Below, piece after piece: positions 52,068 to 64,000 of a stretch of 64,000 nt of DNA. A model generated the notes under the pieces. That model was not told the origin of the DNA and searched no databases. It saw nothing but the letters and a program-made list of their open reading frames with translations. The position numbers were made by a program, and so were the translations under genes. Position 1 is the stretch's first letter, and each line of letters opens with the position of its first letter. This DNA is from Tubulanus polymorphus (taxonomy: Eukaryota; Animalia; Nemertea), in contig NC_134031.1 of the NCBI RefSeq assembly GCF_964204645.1, positions 14,805,807 to 14,869,806 on the forward strand, written 5' to 3'.

Positions 52068-55000
52068 TTAAGTAGTAGTAATATTAGCAAAAGCAGTTAC
52101 ATTGAGCGGAGAAGAAGTGATACCAGTATTACTAGTGATATCAGTAATATTAGTAATATTCAGTTGAGAGATTGTGGTGGTCGTGGCGGCTTCAAGGGCC
52201 CTCGCCCAGTCGGGGTATGTATCCAGACCGTACATACGGCTACCCCAGCCTATAACAGCCAAACCAACCGTACCAATACACACTACGTTCATCACGAAAC
52301 CGACTACAAACTGAAATATATGAAACATTACAATTAATGAAATCATTGTCATAGAGAGAATTCTAAAGGATCCAGTTTCACAAAACACGATCGATAAACT
52401 CATAAACGATTAGATGAATACAGCAGGTGACACTGAGTCAAATGTACTGAACTGAAAGTCGCCATCCACGTTTTAATGCCACCGGTCAATTTAATGCCAA
52501 CATTTTTTGAGAAAATAAATGCTCCATTTTTTTTCATTGGTCCCAACAGTGGCGTAATTAAGGATTTTACTTTAATTTCAATTCTACCTGAAGCTAACTC
52601 AGGAGGGGGCTCAGGAGGTGAGGTTTTAGGGGAGGGGGCTCTCGGTGGTGAGGTTTTAGGGGAGGGGCTCTCGGGAGGTGAGGTTTTAGGGAGGTGAGGT
52701 TTTAGGGGAGGGGGCTCTCGGGAGGTGAGGATTTAGGGGAGGGGGCTCTCGGGAGGTGAGGTTTTAGGGGAGGGGGCTCTCAGGTGGTGGGTTCTCGGGA
52801 GTTTCTTACCATTTCCCAAATTTTCAGATATCCGCTAGAGAATACGATAGCATTCGGTGGCGTTGCTACTGGTAACATGAACGCAAACGAGGCTGATACA
52901 GTGGCAGGTAACATGAAATACAATGGGTTCGTTTTCAGTTGAACCGCCTGAAATAGATTCAAATATTCATATTACTGGAAATAACCGCGATCAGATTCAG
53001 CCAAGGTCAAAGCTAAGAGCTACACATGACGTCACAGTGACCGTCGAGCACAAGCGGCTGAATGAATCAAAAAGTCTGAATAGACGTCCAATCTGACGCG
53101 CTGTGAACATATAACGTCTGCTCGAGACTGACTCACCAGGTTTGCCAATATAGGTAACATGAGTGTCGCTGTCGCTGTGTTACTGGTCACTTCAGTTAGA
53201 GCCGCTATTATAGCAGATACAATAATAGCAATAACAGGATTGGGTAAAAATTCCAGTACTGTTAACTCTTTTCCAATCCACTCTGATAAACCAGACTTCT
53301 ATAAGATCCAGTAAAAAGGGTATTTCAAATCATGATCGTGTCCATTTTCCGATGGACCTTAAAATGATTTTATACATTTGTTAAACAATTTCAGTTGAAT
53401 TCATAACAATCAGTTGCAGTTGTCAAAAGTGCCCCTTACTCTACTGTACTGCCCCCTCTACTATACTGTTAGTCTACTGTACTGCCCCCTTTACTATACT
53501 GTTAGTCTACTGTACTGCCCCCTATAGTATATATTGTACCTGTGAGGCATCGGCCATTGCGAAACCGCCACCTAGCAATAACACAATATTCCATGGTAAC
53601 CGATGCGTGAGAACTTCCCAAGTCATCAGAGGGCGCGGTCTCCTGCCAGAACCACCTAAAAAAACCAAACAACATCTGAGAAACCTTAGTAAGGAGAATA
53701 GAGAGGGGAGAGGGGAGAGCCAAAAAAGGAGTGAAAAGGGAAAAAAAGAGGGAGAGAGGAGAGGGGTGGAGAAGAGGGATAAAGACTTACTACAAGATGG
53801 AAGTTCAGATGGAATCGCAAACAGCAGTATCGACACAAATATAGCGCATGTAGCATCGCTTGCATATCTGTAAAAAGAAATAGAAACATACCGTATTCGA
53901 GATTATTTAGAAATTTGTTTGAAGGGCGAATTTGTACGGATTAATCATTATAATCAAACGAACCCCGCTTTGAAATAGTCTCCCCAACCTTTAAACACTG
54001 AACCAGGGGCGGGCGAACGCAGTATCCATAACAACGCTAATAATATAAACATCAGTAGACTCATTATTTCGCCGCAACTGAAAAAAAGAACATAAGACAA
54101 AATGTACAATACATTACAATATAAAATATACAACGATATCCAAAAAACAACAATATATAACAGCATCAGCAATATATCACAATATACTACAATATATAAT
54201 ATATTACAATATACAACAGAATACAACAATATGCAATTTACTACAATATATGAAATACAACATACTACAATATACTACAATATATAGGACAAAAATATTA
54301 GAAAATTCATTTCAAAGTGACAGAATGATTATTTTAACTATTGGATTAGGCTCTTATTTCTCCTTTCCGCTTAGCTTAAAAGTTGACCCGGCCGGCCGCC
54401 TATCTACCCTGTGCATTACTTTTTTTGAAATTGGTGATCAACAGACCTGGCAGCTATAGCAATGAACCGATTATTAATTTTATTGGATTTTACGAAATGA
54501 CCCGGCCGCTGCGGATAAACAAGGTATCACTTTTGATGAGCATTACTTCAAAATGTTGCAAAAGTATCAAAAAACCACAGAAAGCTAAATTCTAATCGGT
54601 AAATGACGTTTATCTGTTGTTCTACGGCTGGACCCAGTTCCACATTTGCGAATTAGAGTTAACTCAGTGAGTTTAAATCAGTTCATTATCAATGTTTTGA
54701 CTCAAGAGCCAACTGTGGAACCGGATCCTAATGAACAGTTCAATGTTTACCTCATTCTGCCGAGTTTTTTGTATTGATCTTTGATAAAATCGTGTAACGT
54801 TTTCTCTTCAACCGATTCGCCACATTTGAAACAACCCCCGAATGTTCTACAATAATAAACAACAACGATTAATCATCATTAGAAATCACCGTTCCCATCT
54901 CCCCTCCCCCGCCCCCGTCTTCCGTCCCAAGCCTCCTAGGCCAGATGACGACGTGTAGTACATCCTCGTGGATCTTACCCTCTTAATCCTAAAAAACAGA

Positions 55001-58000
55001 TTTGAAGCCAAATCCAGCAGAACAGAAGAGTTATGATTGAAATCGGCAACGCGAAACCCATCCATGAGGCAAACGTCACTCCGGTTTCTTTGCCTTTAAA
55101 TAACCTTCAAAAAAAACGAGAGAAAATCAGCAGAAACAACGTTTAACAATGAATGGAATCAACTTACTTTTTTTAATAATCTCTATTTTCTCAACTTAAG
55201 TCATCTCTATCTTTGAGATTTCAATTTACTTCGTAAGTGTAAGTCATCATTTGGATGCAAGGTCACATTATAGTTCCACAGTGGACTGCATTGTAAACCA
55301 GGTCGTCCACAGTGGACTGAGCGGTGAACAAGTTCCACTTAACTCAGTGAACCAGTACTCAGAATATTGTGGTTATATATATACATGTATACTTACACAT
55401 CTAACTGTCCAGTGAGTACCAGGTTAGGTGGAGTGCCCTTCAACGTAGCTATACCCCCAGCATTAGCAGCATACGCTATACACAAACTCATTAATTTACC
55501 GATTTTGCCGATGTATTCAGTAACCTCTTTTGGTTCCTCGATAGTTTCACCTTCCAACTGATCTAAAACGGGGGTAACTCCATTAACCACTCCCACCGTG
55601 TCATAGCTAAAACATGATAGATGAACCATTCAATCCATGTGCGGCCCACCAAAAAATTTCCACACGGATTGGTTTGGATCAAAGAGGGAGGGGTAACCTT
55701 CAACTGTTGGAGGCTATCTGGATATCTTTTACTGATGGTTATTGTCAATCAGATGGGATTTACATTCAATAATATATACAGTCAACCTCCGATCTACCGC
55801 CGCCCTCCCATATACCGACACCCCCGCTTTACCGCCAGGTTTTCTCAACACAGATACATAGTAAAACACCCCCGATATACTGCCATACTCTCAATATACC
55901 GCCAAAATCGTTTTGCACCGATATGGGCGATATATCGGGGGTTGACTGTATACCATTGAGGGCAGAATAGAAAAGATTCATTGGACAATATCTGTTCACC
56001 TAGGTGGCGGGCAGAAGAAGGCTTATTGTGGAATAGTTTTTACAGGTTGCAGGACAGAAGGAAGTTTATTGGGGAATAGTTTTTTACCTAGGTGACGTGG
56101 GAGAGGTAATCTCCATATCTGTGTTATTCGTTTGTATTTTGATGTCGTCTGTTTTAACAATGGCGACCGTTGATCCCGTCTGTGAGGATTCTGCTGACTT
56201 TGATAGATCGACCATGTCTGAAAACAAAACAAATGACGCAATACTTGAAGCAAATCACTGCAAAAGCTTCTTTCATACATGTTCTAAATACCTAGTGCAT
56301 ACATTAGTAACATATAAAAGAATTCTTTAGCAGACTTCGCAGAAAAATGGGTGCACCCTATTTTGTGAAACGAATATAAAGCACTGTCTACTTCAAGTAA
56401 AACCTGCTCAATGTATTCTCTGAATGCCGGTACACTGTTCTGGACGCCCGCTCAACCGTCTCGTCTCGCTAGTCAAATCGTAATCCATTCAATGCAAGTT
56501 TTATGGGTTTTCAATTGAAAGAAACCATTTACACAAAAACGAACGGAGAGAAAGGTTTTTGTTAACTCATTAAAAAAAGTAAGTGGCATTGTACGTATGG
56601 TTTTAACTATTCTCGATTTGGAAATATTGAGATGAGAATAAAACGGCTATCATAATATTTATCCAAGGTCCTCGTGTTTGCTTTGTGAAATAACCGCATG
56701 TTTGTGATCGTGCATTGAAAATGTGATTTCTTTTACAACAATAGACACCGCTTCCCATGATACCTCGTGTTGCTATGATATAGAATTGTTGAGTAAAATT
56801 TGAATTTTGTTCAGCAATGTCGTTTCATAGCAACAACGACACTCCTCCTAACAGGGTGTATTATGGGAAGATCCGCGCCGATATTGAGAAATAAGATACA
56901 GATTAGTGATTATTTCAATCCTGATTCCTGAATGCGGATTTTTATTTTGAATTCGAATTAAGCCATACTTACCGATTCCATCACTTTCTGGTTTCTTCAG
57001 TTCGGCTAATTTGCATAGACGAATTTGTTCAATAACGGCTTGTACTATTGGAATCATCATGGCGGTGGTGGCGGTGTTACTGATCCACATCGATAGGAAC
57101 CAAGTGGGCAGCATGAACCCCATCATCAAACTATTACAAATGATATGAACATATATAGACATATACAACAGGAGAGCAGAAAAACTGAGGAGGGATACTC
57201 TTTATCAGAATAATTGGAATTCAAAAAGTTGATAAAATTGATGATTAGAAACTCTTTATTCTAAGAATGAGAGGCTGGGTATTGTTAGTGAATGAAGTCA
57301 CCACATCTGACTGGTCACCAGCCACCACACCTTACTGGTCACCGGTCATCACACCTGACTGGTCACTGGTCACCACACCTGACTGTCATCAGTCACCACA
57401 CCTGATTGGCCACCGGTCACCACACCTGACTGGTCACCAGTCAACACACCTGACTGGTCACCACAGTTGAATGGTTACCACACTTACCAGACTGACCTCA
57501 CTACACTGCTCGGTCTAGTTGTAAGGTCAGTAGACTGTGCATAACGTGTTTGCTAGGCAGGGTAATGTTCAGAGCTGTTAAGGGCCGGGCGAAAGGGTCT
57601 GATTTAGAATTTCCACGTTTTTGCTTTTTTGAGTAGAAATTCCGCTTTTTAATGGTATAACGAACTGGTCCCTTGAATATTGTTATCAATGATCTCTGTT
57701 CCTACGTACCTACGTGGTTTAGTACCGACTAGGGAAAGTATACCCAGAGCTATCCGTCTATGCAGCTCCCAATGTTCGATCGTAACAGCCATCATTAAAC
57801 CTCCGATGAATAGAAAATTCGTATCCTAGAAACATAAAGAAACACAGCGTATAACAATTAGATCCGTTAAATTTCCTTTAAATTCTTAAAAATCATCAAA
57901 TTATCACTTTCAAATCAATTTCGGTAATCCTTCCGATTTTCGGGACATTTCGCTTAATCTTTGGAGTTGATAAATGAAAAAAACAAGTTACAGTGACCGG

Positions 58001-59668
58001 TGAAAGTCTGAAAAAACCATCTTTTTATATCCATTTTACACTCTATTGAACAATATTGCCAAAGAAAATTTCTTCGCAACATTAATCGCAGAAAAGTCCA
58101 CCTAGCTTTATTTCAATAATCAAACATTCTTACCTTGAAATAGTTCGGGCAAATTTCACGTGACTTCATGATACCGAACAGTGGTGCCATGACGACGGGT
58201 AATAATGCAGTGACAGCCATAGGGACAGCTTCTGTGATCCAGTAAACAGCCATTACAACCATCATATACCCACATGATACCTTCTGTATATAAAACAAAA
58301 TAACATCTATCTAAGAATTTTGCCTCTATTCGCAATTATCACGTGAATTAGATTTCAAAAAGAATCTTTCCGATGCTTCTCAACAGATGGTGTGTGTACA
58401 TTATGTGTCCATGACGTACTTAACGTTTACATGAAAATACATGACGCTGTCACATATATACATGACGTGTACATGACGTTGACACATATTTACATGACGT
58501 GTACATGACGCTAATATGAGTGTATATGACTGTTACATGAGTGTATGTGACGCTCATATGAGTGTACATGACGTTTATATTAGTTTGCATGAGTGTATAT
58601 GACGTTTACATGAGTGTACATGTGTGAATATGACGTTAACATGAGTGTACATGACGTGCTATACGTGTACATGACGTTTACATGAGTGTATATAACGTGT
58701 ATATACGTGTAAATGACGTTTACATGAGTACATATGACGTTAACATGTGTGTACGTGATGTGTATATACGTGTACATAAGTGAACATGAAGTTTACACGA
58801 GTGTATATGACGTGTATATTCGTGTGCATGAGTTTACATGAGTGTACATGACGTTTACATAAGTGTAAATGACGTGCTATACGTGTAAATGACGTTTACA
58901 TGAGTGTACATGACGTTTACATGAGTGTATATGACGTTTACATGAGTGTATCTGAGTGTATATGATTTTTACATGAGTGTATATGACGTTTACATGAGTG
59001 TACATGAGTGTATATGACTTTACCATGGGTGTACATGACGTGCTATTCGTGTACAGGATGTTTACATGAGTGTAAATGACGTGTCATACGTGTACATGAC
59101 GTTTGCATGATTGTGACGTTTAAATGAGTGTACATGAATGTATATGACGTTGATATGAGTGTACATGACGTGCTATACGTGTACATGATGTTTACATGAG
59201 TGTTAATGACATGCCATACGTGTACATGACGTTTACATGAGTGTACATGCGTGTATATGACGTTTACATGAGTGTACATGAGTGTATATGACGTTAACAT
59301 GAGTGTACATGAGTGTATATGAATGTATATGACGTTAACATGAGTGTACATGATGTTTACATGAGTGTAGTTTATATCACTCTGGGAGCAAAGGAATGTA
59401 CATGGCAAATTAAGTTAACAGTATGGTGTTTATATTGATAAGGGTTCAGTTTCACAAAAGTCAATCTCAAATGGTTTTTTAAGTGCTCCATTGCACTTAA
59501 GTGCTCGACTGCACGATCGTTAGGCACGATATATATATATGAAATATGTTAGAAAATAATTTTTACCAAATCAAAATCGTAGTGGGCGACGACTGGTAAC
59601 AGGGCAAGAGGCGTCACCAAAAACACTGCAAACTTCCACCAGTAGAAAATGGGATGACATTTAACCAT
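52068..59668 (-). CDS. SLC13 family Na+/dicarboxylate-citrate cotransporter (SLC13A2/A5, Indy-like), about 14 exons
   Basis: The first exon is 59567-59668. Motifs: [93 protein letters not shown]. Confidence 0.92.
52597..52800. repeat. G-rich minisatellite (about 31-bp unit GGGAGGTGAGGTTTTAGGGGAGGGGGCTCTC) in the last SLC13 intron
   Basis: Directly visible. Confidence 0.9.
55779..55948. mobile_element. Tc1/pogo-like MITE with TA TSD
   Basis: TA|CAGTCAACCTCCGAT ... ATCGGGGGTTGACTG|TA. Confidence 0.75.
57296..57470. repeat. Minisatellite (about 24-bp GTCACCACACCTGACTGGTCACCA)
   Basis: Directly visible. Confidence 0.85.
58405..59370. repeat. Degenerate minisatellite built of CATGAGTGTA/CATGACGTTTA units
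   Basis: Directly visible, in SLC13 intron 1. Confidence 0.9.
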
Positions 59669-59893
59669 CTTGTAGCCTGTGAGAGATGACGCCCGGTGTC
59701 AGAGATGAAATGTATTGTCACCTGTTAAAAGATAATTCGATACTGAATATTGTGAACAATTTAACTAAAACTGAATTCCATTTTCAAGTTTCAAAATAGT
59801 AAATCATCCATTACATTTATGATAATGAAGTGTTCCGTGGTTTGAATGTGTATCTATGAATTAGTGACATTAGTCGGATTCAAATCCATGAAA

Positions 59894-60385
59894 CCACGGA
59901 GTCCTCCACGGAGTCCTGCGCCCAGCTCTACGGAGTCCTCCACGGAGTCCTGCACCCAGCTCTACGGAGTCCTCCACGGAGTACTATGCCCAGCTCTACG
60001 GAGTCCTCCACGGAGTCCTGTACCCAGCTCCACGGAATCCTGTGCCCAGCTCCACGGAGGCCTGCGCCCAGCTCTACGAAGTCTTCCATGGAGTCCTGTG
60101 CCCAGCTCCACAGAATCCTCCACAGAGTCCTGCGTCCAGTTCTACGGAGTTCTCCACGGAGTACTATGCCCAGCTGTACGGAGTCCTCCAGGGAGTCTGT
60201 ACCCAGCTCCGCGGAGTTCTCCACGGAATCCTGTGTCCAGCTCCACGGAGTCCTCCACGGAGTCCTGCGCCCAGCTCCACGGAGTCTTCCATGGAGTCCT
60301 GTGCCCAGCTCCGCGGAATCCTCCACGGAATCCTGTGCCTAGCTCTACGGAGTCCTCCACGGAGTTCTATGCTCAGCTCCAAGGA
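59894..60385. repeat. Minisatellite of CACGGAGTCCT / GCCCAGCTC units (about 33-bp period)
   Basis: Directly visible. It explains the stacked spurious ORFs here. Confidence 0.92.
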
Positions 60386-61504
60386 TTCCTCTGCTCAGCA
60401 CACTACTGTCCACAGAAATCCTTGGAGCCCTCTGGTGCAGTTAAGAAGCCATATAATAAAAACTAGGAAAGCTTAGAATTTCAAAGTTCACTTGAAAGGG
60501 GGCGTGTATGCGCACAGTTGAATGTTTGAATTTTTTGGGAAATTATTTCTAAAAACAACGATTTCAAAGTTGAGTACCATGAATTTTGACGCGCGGCAAA
60601 AAGGCCACATGTTTTTATATCTCTCTCGTCGCATTGTTGCGCATTTTGAGAACTGATTTTTGCATAACTGAAAACTAGAGATTAACACGGTTTCAATGTT
60701 GCTGAAACTGTCAAATCCCATCTATGGACCAATGAAATATGATAAAACACGCATCACAAATAGTTTTTGAAGAGTAGAAAATTGACCCAACAATACAAAA
60801 GTACCCTAGCAAAATATGGCGGCTTGCAAAATGGTTTATTAATAACCGGGTTAGGAGTTACCCAAAAATTTGAACCCACAATAGATTATGGAACTGAGTC
60901 CAGATGGGCCTTTTTCGAGAGTCCCTCTATTTTGATAGTTCATATTAATCTTTAAATCTCTTTAAATCTGATTTTTTTGATACGTAAATCTTTTGAAAGT
61001 TGATAATTTCGTTTATCTTTTAATCTTATGTGCTTTTTCGACGTACATCGCAACCTGTTTATAAAAGATTGAAATAAATGTTACTAACTTTTTACTTCCC
61101 AGTAAAACCATCCGATATAATATCAACAGCAGCCTTTTATATATTGCAGAGCTGAAGAGTATTTGAAAGCAGGTACTACCTAGACAGGTGCGGTCCGCAT
61201 ATGGGACATTCTATTATAAACGGTGAACTATTTTGAAATATCCTGTTTTCATAATGGAAACTAAAGAATGATTTCATGACAAACTTCGCTTTCTGGCTAT
61301 ATTTGGGCCCTTGGAAAAATCCTTTGTGTTCACACAAATGCAGAGTACTTTCGGTTATACCATTCACTCCCACCTCCCTGGTTATACTATGAACTAATCT
61401 GAATCGTATCGGTAGATTATTCATTGCTGCACTCTCTCGATGGTCAGTTCCGCAGTCGTGACGAGAGAATCTAAACGGGTCTTGATTCCAAGAGTAATTC
61501 TGTG

Positions 61505-62038
61505 AAATTGGTCTAATTCTGTTAGATTGGTCTAATTCTGTTAGACTGGTATAATTCTGTTAGACTGGTATAATTCTGTTAGACTGGTATAATTCTATTA
61601 GAATCGGTCTAATTCTGTTAGACTGGTCCAATTCTATTAGAATTGGTCTTAATCTGTTAGATTGGTCTAATTCTGTTAGAGTTGGTCTAATTCTGTTAGA
61701 CTGGTCTTATTCTGTTAGACTGGTCTAATTCTGTTAGATTCTTCTAATTCTGTTAGATTCGTCTAATTCTGGTAGGCTGGTCTAATTCTGTTAGATTTGG
61801 TCTTATTCTGTTAGATTGGTCTACTAATTCTGTTAGACTGGGCTAATTCTGTTAGAGTGTGCTAATTCTGTTAGAGTGGTCTATTTCTGTTAGATTTGGT
61901 CCAATTCTGTTAGACTGGTCTAATTCTGTTAGATTGGTCTAATTCTGTTAGATTGGTCAAATTCGGTTAGACTGGTCTTATTCTGTTAGATTCGTCTAAT
62001 TATGTTAGACTGGTCTAATTCTGTTAGACTGGTCTAAT
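61505..62038. repeat. Approximately 20-bp minisatellite (TTCTGTTAGAYTGGTCTAA)n
   Basis: Directly visible. Confidence 0.93.
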
Positions 62039-62215
62039 GTTAGTGAATATTTCATATGAAAGTCGCTGAAATACAATGCGTAATCTAATGAATTTTCTTT
62101 GACAAATAAGTGGAGGATCTTGTGGGGAGGTGCATTCGCACCCAACGCATCCCCCTTGGGTAGAGGCCGGATGTTTGTTTTCAACGTATTCATTTATATT
62201 TGCCCGCAAAAATAA

Positions 62216-63260
62216 CAGGGGCGAGTCAAATATCAAGGAGGAGTTGAAAGGCGTGGCTAGCCACCCCTTCTAATGCCTTCCGAAAATGTTTTAAAAGGGG
62301 CATTTTCGTATAGATAGCCTATCTCTTATATCGCGGCAGTTCGACAGACATTGGCGCTATAGGTCAAACTTGACTCGGATGAGAGATCGAATTCGCCGCC
62401 GCAAATTAAACCGTAAGCTCAAAATAACAGATTTCTTTCGCATAAGTGTAATCGACCAATGTAGCCTTTCTGATAACTCGCACTGTTTGTTGAATTATGA
62501 AGATGAAAATGGTTTGGGACTATTAGCAGTATAGGCCCCATAAGATTGTTGCTTTTCTGCCTCGGAACCAGAACTAACGGTAATACATGATACCTATCAT
62601 GCGGTATATAAGATTATATTAGTGCAGCTCCACTCGATATTTATTAGCCCCTTCGTTCGGTTACAGACATTCCGAGGGGCGGATCCAACCTATCCTCACT
62701 GCATTCCATAATGTTGTCAGAAAAATGTGAATAGAATATCTTCTAGAAGAATGCCTTTAAATACGTGGAAAAACAGTTATTTTTTCATATTCTTCTTGGA
62801 GAGAAACTCCCCCCCCCCTTTAATGAGCTTCGCCGCTGGAATATCATTTAGCAATAATTTTTAGGAATAAAGTCAAATTCACCGCGGCTGGATCCGCCCC
62901 TGCGCTAGGCCGTGTCCGGTAAACGAACATATTCGCCTAATCAAAATTATCTGATTTTTTCCCAATCTGTGTCAAAAAAATTCCGAAAACCAGTTCTATG
63001 ATGAATTGTAAATCATAACGATAGATGTTTGATTAATGACCTGTATGGTAAGTTTACCCAAATCAATCGTGTGGGTATCTCATTAAATTTATCAACACCT
63101 CGCATCCTGGTCGCGGCACGATGACTCAGCAGGTTGTCATAATTTTTGCTGAAACCATCGCTCAAATGCTGCAAATTCCTCCCTGGCATTTTTCGAAATT
63201 TTCTACGGTCTCTTCATTACGTTTCTTATCAGCCAACCCCTTTGAAAAATCCTAGATCTG
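62216..63260. mobile_element. Diverged second copy of the 8702-9492 MITE carrying a nested insert (62675-62901)
   Basis: Colinear shared blocks (GTGGCTAGCCA, CAGACATTGGC, CACTGTTTGTTG, GCTAGGCCGTGT, TGAAACCATCGCTCAAAT, TTTGAAAAATC). The nested piece has TIR AGGGGCGGATCCA/TGGATCCGCCCCT. Confidence 0.72.
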
Positions 63261-64000
63261 ATGCGTTTTAGAGGCATTTCTAGCAACTAAAGTCCCAAGT
63301 GGGCCAAAAACAATTATCACATCAACACAAAGTTGATTTCAGCTTTTAATCTTTTAGTTATATCTAGGACCTGAAAAATCCTCAAGCAATCCTCATCTAA
63401 ATGCTAGTCCTCAAAATCAAAATCTCATGAATACTAATTAATGAAAGACAGACTCATGAATATTAATGAAAACAACCTGTTTCTAATATTTTATTTTTTT
63501 GAGTAATAATATTTTTTTCATATATATATATTTCAGTAGAAAATGCACATTTAAATGATGAGTCACGAGGGCACAAGAGCGGGCGAGGCCCGTGAGGGGT
63601 CACGGGTGGGGGCCTGGCCACCAGTGACGGGTCACGGGCCGGTGATATATTCCTAATCGAAGCCTGTTTTATCTCTCCGGGTTATCAGCGTTCATCAGTC
63701 GCTTACGATCTCGGCAAATATCAATATGAATTCTCCAATCTTTCTGTTGACAAACAGTTCCGCAATATCTGCAATATACAAGGCAGAGAAAATAAACGTC
63801 CACTTGAAGCCACCCGCTAGGAAGAGATTGCTCTGTCATTTGTATATTCTCGGAGCCACCCTCAATGAACGGCTAAACAGGTATCATTCTTAACCGATCT
63901 GAATTTCGAGTTTCGATGAGAAAGTTACAAATATAGCAATGATAAGGCCACACAAAACAGATACCCGAGTTTCTCAGCACATTTTTTTCTGGAAAGTGAC

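Noticed and set aside
59846-60476. Six overlapping ORFs, and similar ORFs at 51491-51796 and 58580-59408
   Set aside because: They are products of stop-free minisatellites.

Overview
This is eukaryotic (invertebrate-like) genomic DNA with compact spliced genes. The host genes are MFSD12 (904-11261, +), an intronless ankyrin-repeat/SOCS-box gene (-), an intronless matrin/U1-type zinc-finger gene (-), GET1/WRB (+), PUS3 (-), a TSP1-repeat/Ig type I membrane protein (+) and an SLC13 transporter (-). Many MITEs, HINE-like elements, a LINE 3' fragment, a tRNA-derived SINE and satellites lie among them. The centrepiece is a complete, apparently recently inserted 17,899-bp AT-rich Maverick/Polinton endogenous DNA virus at 13928-31826. 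It has a 6-bp TSD (GCCGTG), 803-bp TIRs with one mismatch seen, and genes for pPolB, RVE integrase, packaging ATPase, and major and minor capsid proteins. Several properties are unusual. It has no recognisable adenain protease but carries a block of membrane-protein genes. Each end is a 208-bp fold-back palindrome whose mismatches are G-T wobbles on the 3'-terminal strand. Each TIR holds a CCAAT/TATA promoter followed by a splice donor. TAAATG precedes 14 of 16 genes. A 97-bp-arm inverted repeat sits where the two gene blocks converge. The left arm is a mosaic of pPolB and HNH pieces. Two genes are split (one in-frame stop, one frameshift) and are broken or missed by the ORF track. All protein assignments come from motif recognition by eye, not from database searches.
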